A DNA stretch of 64,000 bases from Candidatus Methanoperedenaceae archaeon (GCA_963753595.1 CAVWCX010000018.1:32001-96000); one strand, 5' to 3'. Numbered from the stretch's first letter, positions 31,120-41,064 are shown. Notes: generated from the sequence alone by a model not told the origin. Translations and numbers: made by a program.

Positions 31120-32358
31120 TTATCCTACTTTAATTACTTCAAGTTCAATAACTTTTGCCTCACTTCCTGTCAGTGAAGCTACACTGGGTATCGTACGCCC
31201 GCCATCGCCAGAAACCAGTTCCTTGACATAGAGTCCGCCTTCACAATTAATTACGAGGACTGCAGTATTTTCATTATACGATTCAAGTTCGACCGAGTGT
31301 ACTTTTCGTACCCGTTCAAGGTCCGCGCGCCTGTGAAGCACTCTGGTGGGTGTTTTCTGTTTGATGAGAGTTTGTCTTAATACGTTAATGGATGATTTAA
31401 GTTTTTCCTCTGTTGTATTGTGGGTAATCTTGAGACGATATACTTTATCCACTTTCATGGATTTTAGCTGTTCAACAGTTTCACTCTCAACGAATTTTAA
31501 TCCAAGTACTTCGATCTTACCCTGTGCGCCCTGGTTAATTCCTGATTCCAGGGCCTCCAGGTCAAGACTCCTGGTATGGGGTCTTTTTGCCTCAACAACA
31601 AATGGCCGCCCATCGCCAAGCATAAGGGCATCAATATCCTCTCGCCCTGCGCCATGAAAAGCAGTATCTTCGGCCCGCGCTGCTGACATTAGATGCGGCT
31701 TTATCAATTCATCGACTGATTCCTGGTACATCTTCCCGGTATTGTCGCATCGTTCGCATCCTCTCCCGCCGCATTCCCGGCATGGCCATCTTGTCTGGGG
31801 TATCCCGCGGATAAGTTTCCGATACCTTCCATAGATATAAAGTGAATTTATTTCTACTTCGACAGTATCATTTTCAAGGTCAAGAAGCGCCACAACCTGT
31901 GGTTTTTTGAGGTTTGCCTTCTTTGCGGTAAGCTTTTCTATCCTTTTCCCCACCTCGCGGTTCAATTCTGTCTTCAAAGGCTCGGCAAACGTGGCCCCGC
32001 TTTCTGCCCACAGGATCTCTTCATTCTCAGCAAGAAGTCCTGTAACCTTTGTTCCAACAAGGAAATTATTATATTCGTAATCAGAAAGCGCCTCAACAGA
32101 CTTTGTTACCCACGGATCTATTTTCAAAAACAGGTTATTGCATACCCAGCATTTTATTTCACCCCTGCTTCTGGCAAGTTCATCCTGCAGTTCTTTGTTT
32201 TTTTCTGCTCCTGCATCCATGTCAAGAACAAGTTTCAGAGCGGCCCCGCGCATGTCATTGGAAAGTCCCGTGGAAAGTTTTGCGAACTGCCGGCCTAAAC
32301 AGTGGTCGCATATCGGACCTTCATGAATGATCTTACGGGCTGTATCGAGGATTGTCAT
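31120..32358 (-). CDS. pus10: tRNA pseudouridine(54/55) synthase Pus10
   Basis: CDHCLGR, GRYRKL.RGIPQT, HGAGREDID, GGLYVKELVSGD.GRT.PS. Confidence 0.93.
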   Translation of the reverse strand: MTILDTARKIIHEGPICDHCLGRQFAKLSTGLSNDMRGAALKLVLDMDAGAEKNKELQDELARSRGEIKCWVCNNLFLKIDPWVTKSVEALSDYEYNNFLVGTKVTGLLAENEEILWAESGATFAEPLKTELNREVGKRIEKLTAKKANLKKPQVVALLDLENDTVEVEINSLYIYGRYRKLIRGIPQTRWPCRECGGRGCERCDNTGKMYQESVDELIKPHLMSAARAEDTAFHGAGREDIDALMLGDGRPFVVEAKRPHTRSLDLEALESGINQGAQGKIEVLGLKFVESETVEQLKSMKVDKVYRLKITHNTTEEKLKSSINVLRQTLIKQKTPTRVLHRRADLERVRKVHSVELESYNENTAVLVINCEGGLYVKELVSGDGGRTIPSVASLTGSEAKVIELEVIKVG

Positions 32359-32413
32359 CTGCCTCTCATTATGCGAAGTGTTCTAAATATGTTTCCATGG
32401 ATCAGTGATAAAT

Positions 32414-33001
32414 TCAAAAACATGTCCTATCCATCTCGTTATGTAATAATACGATGCAGTGGTCAGCATGCAAAGAAAGCGGCCCCATGCTTATTATTTC
32501 AGTATCATATCCCGCAACTATTCTCTCCTCATCTTCGGTCAAACCCAGATGGTCTCCAAGCACAAATAAAGTGTCAAAAGCTTCACCGAAAATCTTTTTG
32601 CGGATATCTTCACCATCTTCCCGTAAATAGATGATTTTTTTATCAAGCTCTTTTAACAGGTCCTCTAAATCTCCTTTCCTCACGCTGACCCCCGGTGTTG
32701 ACTCAGTCCAGAAATCCTGCGCATTCTTTTCAAGCGCTTTTTTTATTAATGATGCGGCGCTTCGTTCATCAGGGCTCAGGTACCTGATCGTGCTGCCATC
32801 AAAACGTATCAGTTTTGGGGGGGATGGTTCACCTTTCATTATAAGAAAAACACGAACATCCCGTCTCAGGTCGTGAGAAAGGAATAGTGAGGCGTTAACG
32901 CACCTGCAAAGGATATCCATGCGCCCGGCAGCCCCCGGAAGGTCATTGAGTGAAAATGTTCCGGTGACAGCTTTATGTCCGATGATCATAAAATCTTTCA
33001 T
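32414..33001 (-). CDS. trmY: tRNA (pseudouridine54-N1)-methyltransferase
   Basis: LNDLPGAAGRMDILCRC, PDERS, LGDH.G. Confidence 0.92.
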   Translation of the reverse strand: MKDFMIIGHKAVTGTFSLNDLPGAAGRMDILCRCVNASLFLSHDLRRDVRVFLIMKGEPSPPKLIRFDGSTIRYLSPDERSAASLIKKALEKNAQDFWTESTPGVSVRKGDLEDLLKELDKKIIYLREDGEDIRKKIFGEAFDTLFVLGDHLGLTEDEERIVAGYDTEIISMGPLSLHADHCIVLLHNEMDRTCF

Positions 33002-33128
33002 ACAGGGGAGAAATGCTTGAAGCATATTAAAGGTATATCAGGGGGATTTGGGGGACAAATGAAATTTAAGGTTTGATCGTCAGAAAAACTTATAACTTCT
33101 ATTTTCCATTAAGATAAGGTGATATTTT

Positions 33129-34733
33129 CTGCCTAAGAAAGCTTTAATTAGCGTTTCTGATAAAAATGGTATAATTGATTTTGCCTCTGGGCTCGCTGGA
33201 TTCGGATTTGAGATTATTTCGACAGGCGGGACTTACTCGGCCTTAAATAAAGCCGGAATAAAAGTAAGAGATGTTTCCGATATTACGGGATTCCCAGAGA
33301 TGATGGACGGTAGAGTGAAAACACTTCACCCGAAGATACATGGCGCCATTCTCGCATTACAGGATAAACCGTCACACATAAAAGATGCCATGGAAAATGG
33401 CATTGAATTTATTGATATTGTGGCTGTAAACCTTTACCCGTTTGAAAAAACAGTGGCCGTGGGGGCGAGTCTTGAAGATGCTATTGAAAATATAGATATC
33501 GGAGGACCTGCTCTTGTAAGGGCGGCAGCAAAAAATTACACTCATGTAGCTGTAATAACCGACCCATCTGATTATCCTTTGATCCTGGAAGAACTTAAAA
33601 ATGGATCTGTAAGCCTTGAAACTAAGAAAAAGCTGGCAGTCAAAGCGTTTCGAAGAATTGCAGATTATGATTGCGCGATTGACACATATTTAAGCCGATC
33701 CTTTCTTAATGAAGATATCCTTCGCATGAAATTCGTTGAAGGCACGACCCTGAGGTACGGAGAGAACTGGCACCAGAGCGCCAAATTTTATAAAGAGCCC
33801 GGCGTAACCGAACCCACGATCGCAAATGCAAAACAGCTGCATGGAAAAGCGCTTTCTTACAACAATTATGTGGATGCGGAAAGCGCCCTGAATGTAGTTC
33901 TCGGATGTAAAAAGAAAATAGCGGTCTCTATCGTAAAACATAGTAATCCATGTGGATTTGCAACAGGGAATAACCTGAAAGAAGTATTGTCAAGAGCATG
34001 GGACGGGGACCCGGTTTCATCTTTTGGCAGTATTATCTGCATGACCTGCAAACCAGACCTTCTTGCGCTTGAATTTTTAAAAGGCAGGTTCGTGGAACTT
34101 ATAATCGCCCCTGGATATGATGAGGAAGGGCTTTTGTACCTCAAAAATAAGAGTAAAGACTTGCGTATCCTTGAATTAGCTATGGATGAAGGAAAACCAC
34201 TTGAAAATACATACCGCTATATTGTGGGAGGAATGCTTGTCCAGTCAAGGAACAGGGGATTATACGATAAATGGGAGATAGTGACACAGCATCCTTTCCC
34301 GGAACAAAAGAAAGGACTTTCTGAATTTGCATTAAATGCCTGCAAATATACAAAATCAAATGCTGTGGTGATCGCAAGGGAATATGAAACGGGATGCTAT
34401 CAGATACTTGCAATAGGAGCAGGACAGCCAAACAGGGTGGATTCGATAAAGAAACTGGCTGCCACAAAAGCAAGAGAGAACCTCAGGATACTTTACGAAA
34501 GGGAGAAACCGGATGTTAGTGAGGATGAATTCGTTAAGAACATTATGAGTGAGTGCGTCATGGCATCGGATGCGTTTTTCCCTTTCGATGACAGCATAAT
34601 TCATTCAGCCGAGAATCATATAAGGTACATCGTGTCCCCGGGAGGCTCGATAAGGGATAAGGAAGTTATTGCTACGGCCAACAGGCTTGGTGTGTCGCTT
34701 GTGTTTACGGGTATGAGGCATTTTTACCATTAA
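33129..34733 (+). CDS. purH: bifunctional AICAR transformylase/IMP cyclohydrolase (CTG start)
   Basis: KKALISVSDK, STGGT, GRVKTLHP, IDIGG, ASDAFFPF, FTGMRHF; in-frame TGA at 33120-33122. Confidence 0.92.
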   Translation: MPKKALISVSDKNGIIDFASGLAGFGFEIISTGGTYSALNKAGIKVRDVSDITGFPEMMDGRVKTLHPKIHGAILALQDKPSHIKDAMENGIEFIDIVAVNLYPFEKTVAVGASLEDAIENIDIGGPALVRAAAKNYTHVAVITDPSDYPLILEELKNGSVSLETKKKLAVKAFRRIADYDCAIDTYLSRSFLNEDILRMKFVEGTTLRYGENWHQSAKFYKEPGVTEPTIANAKQLHGKALSYNNYVDAESALNVVLGCKKKIAVSIVKHSNPCGFATGNNLKEVLSRAWDGDPVSSFGSIICMTCKPDLLALEFLKGRFVELIIAPGYDEEGLLYLKNKSKDLRILELAMDEGKPLENTYRYIVGGMLVQSRNRGLYDKWEIVTQHPFPEQKKGLSEFALNACKYTKSNAVVIAREYETGCYQILAIGAGQPNRVDSIKKLAATKARENLRILYEREKPDVSEDEFVKNIMSECVMASDAFFPFDDSIIHSAENHIRYIVSPGGSIRDKEVIATANRLGVSLVFTGMRHFYH

Positions 34734-34780
34734 TATTAGTGTCCAGCGATATCATCATCTATGAACCTGTTTGGCTCATT

Positions 34781-35029
34781 CACCGCAAAGGACGCAAAGA
34801 ATAGCAGCAAAATCATCTTTGCGCCCTTTTCGTTCTGGTATGAATAAATCAACAACGAACTAAGACGAACACGTACGAACTCTGGTCACGTGAGTTCGTA
34901 TCAGTTCGTTCAGTTAGTTGTTTTTTTCATGTTCATTTATGTACCACAGTTAATGGCCGACTTTGCTGTGAGAATTCTATATTCCCAACAGATCAGTGAA
35001 AACCCGTCATATCCGTGTCATCGGTGTTC
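34781..35029. repeat. cluster of periodic palindromic (REP-like) elements
   Basis: CGCAAAG-GA-CGCAAAG...CTTTGCG; (ACGAAC)x3 at 10-bp period...(GTTCGT)x2-3; ATCnGTG half-element. Confidence 0.7.
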
Positions 35030-35040
35030 GAAAGCGTTTT

Positions 35041-36402
35041 TCAATCCTTGATCCGGCTTATGATGATCAATCCCGCAATATTGACTATCAATATCAGGAT
35101 TATTGCGATCCATCCCCTCCTGCTGATATTAAATGCACTCTCCGGTTTTTTGAAATTGAACTGCTTATCCGAGTCAAGCGACACTATTTCTTCAAATATA
35201 CCATCAGCTCCTGTTGCTTTTAGCGTATAACTTGAATTCAAGGGAAGGCCGGTGAAAATAAGTTCAGAATCCGAGCGCTCAGATACTTTTTGGCCATTAT
35301 TCCATAATGAGACCTGATATTTCGAATCAGCTTTTACAAAGATACTGGCATATTTTTTTATATTGATGGGATTTCCATCAGCATACTGTAGATGATCGGG
35401 AAGGTCAAGAACACTCAGGAGCGTAGGTGCGATATCTTCCTCTTCATATACTCCCCCGATACTTCCCGCTACAGTATTTGGGGAGAGTATTACAAGAGGT
35501 ATTCTGAGACTTTCGATCCTTGTTGAATATTTATCCGAGCTGTGTCCTCCGCGTCGTGCGTTCATTGTTGCAAAAGACATTCCATGATCTGCTGTCAGGA
35601 AAAATGCAATATTATTGTCAAGTGCTGTTTTATAAAGTGGATAAATATCAGAATCAAGGCTCTCGATCAATTTCATGTAATCATCATCCCCCATATTATG
35701 GCCTCCACTGTCAATTGCCCCGATATTCACGGTCATGAGGAATCTCCGGGAAGGATGTTTTTTTATCATGCCTAAAGCTGCGGCATTTGCGGCATCAATG
35801 CCCCATTTGTTATAAGCAAAGTATTTATCCACGCCTTTTTTACGATCCAGATAATTTGGAAGTTTCATCTTCCACTCATACATCAGATCATAAACACCAT
35901 CAGGCGCATTCTTTGTTTGTATTGACATCAGGGGCTCATCAATAGAATTATTTTCCGCAAATAGAATTATATCCTGCTCGCTTCTCATATTCATAAAATC
36001 CCCTCTTTCCATTATAGCAAGATTTACAAAGCCGTGTTCTCTTGTGATATCAAATATTGTTGCGCTTGGATAACCCACAATCTCCTCATTTGCATCAGAA
36101 AAACCTGTGACGATCACTGAATGCGCAATTCCCGTTATTGGATTTTTTGTCCTTATATCCACGATCCTTGTTCCGAATGACAGGTTGTTTGTCCTTGCTT
36201 TTAAAAGCAAAGAGCCGTCTAATGCTAAAGGTGAAGTTTCAGGATAATAGTATGAAGAGCCAAAGCCATCAACTATGAAAAGAATAGCGCTTTGCGGTCT
36301 TTTCACTTCATTCAAAGTGATCTCAGAAACACCTGATGCGGTGAATGATATTGAAAAATATAATAATGTTGTGAATAATATAATTACAAATTTTTTTATC
36401 AT
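35041..36402 (-). CDS. alkaline phosphatase / metalloenzyme superfamily membrane-anchored protein
   Basis: FIVDG, DSGGH, TADHG, DIAPTL; N-terminal signal and C-terminal TM. Confidence 0.8.
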   Translation of the reverse strand: MIKKFVIILFTTLLYFSISFTASGVSEITLNEVKRPQSAILFIVDGFGSSYYYPETSPLALDGSLLLKARTNNLSFGTRIVDIRTKNPITGIAHSVIVTGFSDANEEIVGYPSATIFDITREHGFVNLAIMERGDFMNMRSEQDIILFAENNSIDEPLMSIQTKNAPDGVYDLMYEWKMKLPNYLDRKKGVDKYFAYNKWGIDAANAAALGMIKKHPSRRFLMTVNIGAIDSGGHNMGDDDYMKLIESLDSDIYPLYKTALDNNIAFFLTADHGMSFATMNARRGGHSSDKYSTRIESLRIPLVILSPNTVAGSIGGVYEEEDIAPTLLSVLDLPDHLQYADGNPINIKKYASIFVKADSKYQVSLWNNGQKVSERSDSELIFTGLPLNSSYTLKATGADGIFEEIVSLDSDKQFNFKKPESAFNISRRGWIAIILILIVNIAGLIIISRIKD

Positions 36403-36484
36403 AATTCGTGCTGATAGGAGGAATAAAATAAAAAGATTTCGTAAAACATAATCCTAGATTATTTATAATAAAATACCAATTAGT

Positions 36485-37222
36485 GTGCAAATGGAGACGA
36501 TATCAGATATCATATCTAAGGGTGTTAAGCCGGGTATACGCAGGCTTTTTGATATGAAAGATGTCATTTACGACCGCGAATGGCTTTCAAATGCCCAAAA
36601 TTCGGAATTATATTATATGTACCGTGACCTTTCACTGAGCAAAAAAGATGCTATTGCCATGAAAGAACATGGCCTGAGATACGATATCACTGTCATCCCG
36701 CCAAAGATGCTGGGATGCGAATTTGTAAAAACAGCAGGTCATTACCACCCGCTGGTTCCTGGAACCCGGATAACATTTCCTGAAATATATGAAGTACTGG
36801 GCGGCAAAGCAAGTTATATCCTGCAAAAACCGGATGGCGAAGGAATAGATGATGTGATCCTGATAAAAGCAGGGGAAGGTGACAAGGTAATTATTCCGCC
36901 AGGCTACGGGCATCTTACCATAAATGAGTCAAATAAAGTATTGAAAATGGCTAACTGGGTGGCGCGCGACTTTGAGTCCATATACCAGCCAATAAAAGAG
37001 AAGGGCGGAGGAGCATATTTCCTTCTTGATAAAGGAATGGTAAGAAATCCGAGATATGAACAGGTGCCTGGAATTAAGCCTGGAAAACCCGCAAATCTTA
37101 AAGAAATAGGATTGCAGAAAAGCAAAGAGATGTATGGGCTCGTACGGGATTTAAAAACACTCGAATTCCTCACAAAACCTCATGAGTATGAATGGGTTTT
37201 CGAAGAAGTCCTTGGGAAATAA
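36485..37222 (+). CDS. archaeal cupin-type glucose-6-phosphate isomerase family protein
   Basis: LRYDITVI, KTAGHYH, PEIYEV, IPPGYGH.TIN. Confidence 0.85.
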   Translation: MQMETISDIISKGVKPGIRRLFDMKDVIYDREWLSNAQNSELYYMYRDLSLSKKDAIAMKEHGLRYDITVIPPKMLGCEFVKTAGHYHPLVPGTRITFPEIYEVLGGKASYILQKPDGEGIDDVILIKAGEGDKVIIPPGYGHLTINESNKVLKMANWVARDFESIYQPIKEKGGGAYFLLDKGMVRNPRYEQVPGIKPGKPANLKEIGLQKSKEMYGLVRDLKTLEFLTKPHEYEWVFEEVLGK

Positions 37223-37297
37223 TTCCAATTTTGGGTAATATTTTTTAATAAGAGGGATATTTTCCCATGATAAAAATCTCAGACATTACATCATATC
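37222..37297 (+). repeat. diverged direct copy of the cas4-like gene promoter and 5' end (partner 39107-39184)
   Basis: 28/31-nt promoter block match and 26/31-nt CDS-start match; stub MIKISDITSY vs MIKVSEITTY. Confidence 0.8.
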
Positions 37298-37523
37298 ATC
37301 CTAATTTACAATATAAAATTTGTTTCAATTTATGTTGGTAATTGCCCCATGTGCAATACATTGGACTGCTTGGAATATAAATTTTTCTGATTAGAATTAA
37401 GCCCTGAACAGCGTTTTGCGCTTTACAACATATCGACAGCGCCTTATTTTTTTGATGAAACCACACAATCAAAAATAATTATACTAAGCTACATTAAAGA
37501 CCTTTTAGCATCGCGCTTCCTCA

Positions 37524-37924
37524 TCACTTCTTCTTCAATAAATGCCCTATCAATACCAGACCTACGATCGCAAAAATTATTTCAAATCCTGGTGTTTTTT
37601 GCGATTTTAATACAATTTCTTTGTTATTCAATTCTTCAGCTAATTGTTGATTAATCTTTAATGCTTCATCGGATGCCTTGATTGCATCATCGTATCTTTT
37701 CATAACGGAAAGTAAAATTCCTTTGATAACCCATGCTTTAGCAAGCTGTGGATTAATCTTCAATGCTTCATCAGAGGCTCTGATTGCTTCTTCATATCTT
37801 CCAGATTGATACGAATCGACACTATCATTGTACTATTCGTCAGCAGTTTTTGCCTCCCTAATAGCGACATAACAGAAAACAATATCAGAAATATAAAAAA
37901 AATGTGTATTCCCTTGAATCCCAT
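37524..37924 (-). pseudogene. TPR-repeat PGF-CTERM surface protein, disrupted
   Basis: KTADE*YND...YEEAIRASDEALKINP TPRs; TAG at 37833-37835; ATG at 37924 is out of frame; KTPGFE-TM-KKK. Confidence 0.75.
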
Positions 37925-38064
37925 AATCATTCCTCTTTTTATGATACCACCATACCAAGCAAATAATGGATCATTTTGATAAAGCTTATTTGTATTTAAA
38001 TATGATGGGAAATTGTCGTTTCCATTCGTGTGTGCTATTGTGCTACACTATTTGAAAGCAAATA

Positions 38065-38829
38065 TTAAGGTTCTGGAATAGCAGTTCCATTTGCTTTTTC
38101 ATTCTCTTTAATATTATTCGCTTCTTTTTTAGATTTAGCAGATCCAATAAATGCTCCAATACAAGCCGCAAATAGATAGATTTGCCCAAGAAATTTAAAT
38201 AAACCTAAAAGGATAAAGGCATCACCATGAGTCTCGCCACCACCAATCAAAACAGTAATAACAAACAACGGAAGAGTAAGCCATATTCCCCATCTCCATG
38301 AAAGTTTATGCCACTTTCTTCCAAAATAAAAACCAATAAAACCATAGCAAAGTAATGAAAATACCACAAGAGGAATAAATAATATTGAGATATAGGAAAC
38401 TAACGCAATTAGTGACCCAATTATTAAAGCGCTCAAAACTGGTTCTGAATTAATTAAACCTTTTCTCATTATTTGTAATCTATCTATAATAATTATTATA
38501 TAAAAATAATATATGATTGCAATAATTGCAATTAATTGAAGAGCTGAATATATTGACATTTCAGGAAGAGGTTCAAGATATTCAGTTGCTCTTTCTGCTT
38601 CAGTATAAGGTCTAAACTCTTGTATGAAAATATAATACGTTAACAAGAACGCTAATATATATGCTATCAAACTTGATATTAATGCTGGGCAATTTATTTT
38701 AATAATTTCAACCCCTGTTCTTCTCTCGTCATTTATTAGCCCCCCAAAAAGTTTGTATTTAGTAGCATTATTTTTTTTTAATATATAACATTTTTGGTTT
38801 AGAGTGACCGCCATTACACGTTGGTGCAA
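38065..38829 (-). CDS. AT-rich multi-pass membrane protein (start uncertain, possibly frameshifted)
   Basis: Several TM segments; best RBS-ATG (38732) is out of frame. Confidence 0.55.
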   Translation of the reverse strand: MHQRVMAVTLNQKCYILKKNNATKYKLFGGLINDERRTGVEIIKINCPALISSLIAYILAFLLTYYIFIQEFRPYTEAERATEYLEPLPEMSIYSALQLIAIIAIIYYFYIIIIIDRLQIMRKGLINSEPVLSALIIGSLIALVSYISILFIPLVVFSLLCYGFIGFYFGRKWHKLSWRWGIWLTLPLFVITVLIGGGETHGDAFILLGLFKFLGQIYLFAACIGAFIGSAKSKKEANNIKENEKANGTAIPEP

Positions 38830-38962
38830 TTATGGCAGCTTGCGCCGCACCCCTTCCAGACTTACCCCCTGGGGCGCCTCATACATAATTCTCCCAAGTA
38901 GAAGAGCCATAACAACAAACATCCTTCTTCTTACAAATTTTCAGGGGTTTGAAATACGAATC

Positions 38963-39020
38963 AACCACAGAGGACGCAGAGATCACAGAGTTAATCTTTC
39001 TCTGAGTCCTCTCTGTGGTT
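38963..39020. repeat. periodic palindromic (REP-like) element
   Basis: AACCACAGAG-GA-CGCAGAG-AT-CACAGAG...CTCTGAG..CTCTGTGGTT. Confidence 0.7.
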
Positions 39021-39153
39021 TTTTCGTAAAAGAAGATTTAAGAAGTTTCCTAATATCATTCTATAAAAAAGATATAAATATCTTTGAAACATAACAATTC
39101 CAACATATTCCAATGGGCAATATTTTTAAATAAGCGGGATATTTACACATCCA

Positions 39154-39912
39154 ATGATAAAAGTCTCAGAAATTACCACTTATCTTAAATGTCCACGGAT
39201 GTGCTATTTTACAAATAAGGGGCACGACCTGGTGGGCGAAGTCTCACCAGGATATCTGGAAAGACTGATCCTGAAAGAACTGGCCCTGACATATGGATCT
39301 GCATGTAATTGTGCTGATATGCAAACTTTCCTGAATAATGAACTTGAAAGGATCTCAAATGAGATCCGTGTGATCTACCGCAGTGAAATGGGCAAAGTTG
39401 ATGATAAAGCAATCGCAAAATCCATAAATGATATACGCCCCCTGATCGAAACAATTTCTTTAAATCTTTCCCATAATCGCGACTTCTATTCAGGCGAGTT
39501 CATTCAGGATGAACCCATTTTACGCTCAGATAAATTCGGACTTTCGGGCAGCTCTGACAGGTTGATAAAAATAAATGAAAGCCCTGTCCCTTCGATAATA
39601 AAAACCGGTAATATGCCTGAAAATGGCGTCTGGAACGGCGACAGGCTCCAGTTGACAGCCTATTCAATTCTCGTAGAAGAAAAATACAATTCAATTGTTG
39701 AAAAGGGATTTGTCGAATATGCACGCTTTGGTATTATAAGACCGGTCGTTGTCAAACGGCATGAGCGCAGAAAAGTCCTGCAGATGATGGATAAGATAAA
39801 GAAAATCCAGAATGGTTTTATGCCCGAAAGACCAAAAGATGCTCCATGCGAATATTGCGGTTTTGTCGGGATATGCGATGTAAAATCAACACTTGCGTCC
39901 AGGTTTTTTTAG
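39154..39912 (+). CDS. solo Cas4/Dna2-like protein
   Basis: N-terminal YLKCPR, C-terminal CEYC..VGIC Fe-S ligands, QLTAY motif; no CRISPR or cas1 in the window. Confidence 0.8.
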   Translation: MIKVSEITTYLKCPRMCYFTNKGHDLVGEVSPGYLERLILKELALTYGSACNCADMQTFLNNELERISNEIRVIYRSEMGKVDDKAIAKSINDIRPLIETISLNLSHNRDFYSGEFIQDEPILRSDKFGLSGSSDRLIKINESPVPSIIKTGNMPENGVWNGDRLQLTAYSILVEEKYNSIVEKGFVEYARFGIIRPVVVKRHERRKVLQMMDKIKKIQNGFMPERPKDAPCEYCGFVGICDVKSTLASRFF

Positions 39913-39913
39913 A

Positions 39914-40147
39914 TCAGAATTTCGCGCCTGTCAGGGTTTTTGTCTCAGTAACTCCCTTTAAAGCCCTTATTTTATTGACCACGATCTCGCTTAATCCCTC
40001 ATAATCGCTGGCCTGGATTTTCGCGATCAGGTCATAATCACCAAACAGAGGATATAATTCCTGGATCTCTTCCCATTTAATCATGGTGTCGAATATTTTT
40101 TTTTCCGCACCAGGCGTAACATTGATCAATACAAAACCTATGGCCAT
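39914..40147 (-). CDS. Lrp/AsnC ligand-binding domain protein
   Basis: GFVLIN..G.YDLIAK..IRALKGVTETKTL. Confidence 0.85.
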   Translation of the reverse strand: MAIGFVLINVTPGAEKKIFDTMIKWEEIQELYPLFGDYDLIAKIQASDYEGLSEIVVNKIRALKGVTETKTLTGAKF

Positions 40148-40218
40148 TAATTTTCACCCATGACCTACAATTAGGTTTTGGGAATATAATATTATCTAAA
40201 CGAATAAACATTATATTT

Positions 40219-40986
40219 TCATCTAACGATCACAGTGCCTGTCGCATTTTGATATTCTTTGTACGATGGATATTCAGCCAGGACAAAAGTATATTTTCCC
40301 TCCTGCTTGAATTGATATTGATATCTGCCTGGATATTGCATGAGCTGTTTCTCGAATAAACTATCTTTGCTTACCAGTACAACCCTGGGACGCAGGTTTT
40401 CCTCGTTATTCCAGGTTATAGTATCTGATTTGTTGATTGTTATGGTTCCCGGAATAAAACCATGACCAATATCAATTTTTATATTATAACTCCCTGGTTC
40501 AATTATCGAAGGTGGAGTAGCCATAGCAGGGGTCGTAGCAGGAACAACAGCGGGAATATTTGGGGTTATTGATGATACTGTAATAGTGTTATTTTGTAAT
40601 CCTGAATTATTTTCTAATCCTGAATTTTGGGACTGTGATTTCATGGACTTTGCATCGTTAAAAAAATCAGATGCAGGAACGATATATGTAAAAATTGAAT
40701 AAATGACAATTAATCCAATTATTGTTCCAAGCGCGATCATCTGGTTTTTAGAGATTTCCGGTATTTTAAATACGGGCTTATTATTAACGGAAGGGATATT
40801 TAACTGGAAACCTTCCTTGATATCTTCGGGTTTTTTTGTCTCCGCAAAATCCTGGTACCAGTCGCATACGGGATTCAGGCAGAACTGCGCAACCGGGATC
40901 TCAACAAATCCAAGCCCGATGGATTTCTTCACACTTTTTGTCTGGACAAACCCATGGCATTTCGGACATTTTTCAGCAAACTTCAT
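40219..40986 (-). CDS. Zn-ribbon/TM/cupredoxin-like protein
   Basis: CPKC...CLNPVC, one TM, C-terminal GF.PGTITI..DTITW.N fold lacking Cu ligands. Confidence 0.65.
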   Translation of the reverse strand: MKFAEKCPKCHGFVQTKSVKKSIGLGFVEIPVAQFCLNPVCDWYQDFAETKKPEDIKEGFQLNIPSVNNKPVFKIPEISKNQMIALGTIIGLIVIYSIFTYIVPASDFFNDAKSMKSQSQNSGLENNSGLQNNTITVSSITPNIPAVVPATTPAMATPPSIIEPGSYNIKIDIGHGFIPGTITINKSDTITWNNEENLRPRVVLVSKDSLFEKQLMQYPGRYQYQFKQEGKYTFVLAEYPSYKEYQNATGTVIVR

Positions 40987-41064
40987 GATCACCATTATAG
41001 CCGGGGGCATTATTAAAATTATCGAATAGAAATCTTTAATAAATGACATAACCAACAAAATACA

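Noticed and set aside
34781-35029. Repeat cluster as a CRISPR array linked to the cas4-like gene
   Set aside because: Short inverted units, with no 25-40-bp direct repeats separated by spacers
37833-37835. In-frame TAG as pyrrolysine
   Set aside because: It sits at a usual TPR Trp position (TGG to TAG) and the gene also has a frameshift
40954-40968. CPKCH (also CPPCH in DUF2180 and CVGCH in DUF1858) as heme c motifs
   Set aside because: They lie in Zn-ribbon or redox domains without export signals
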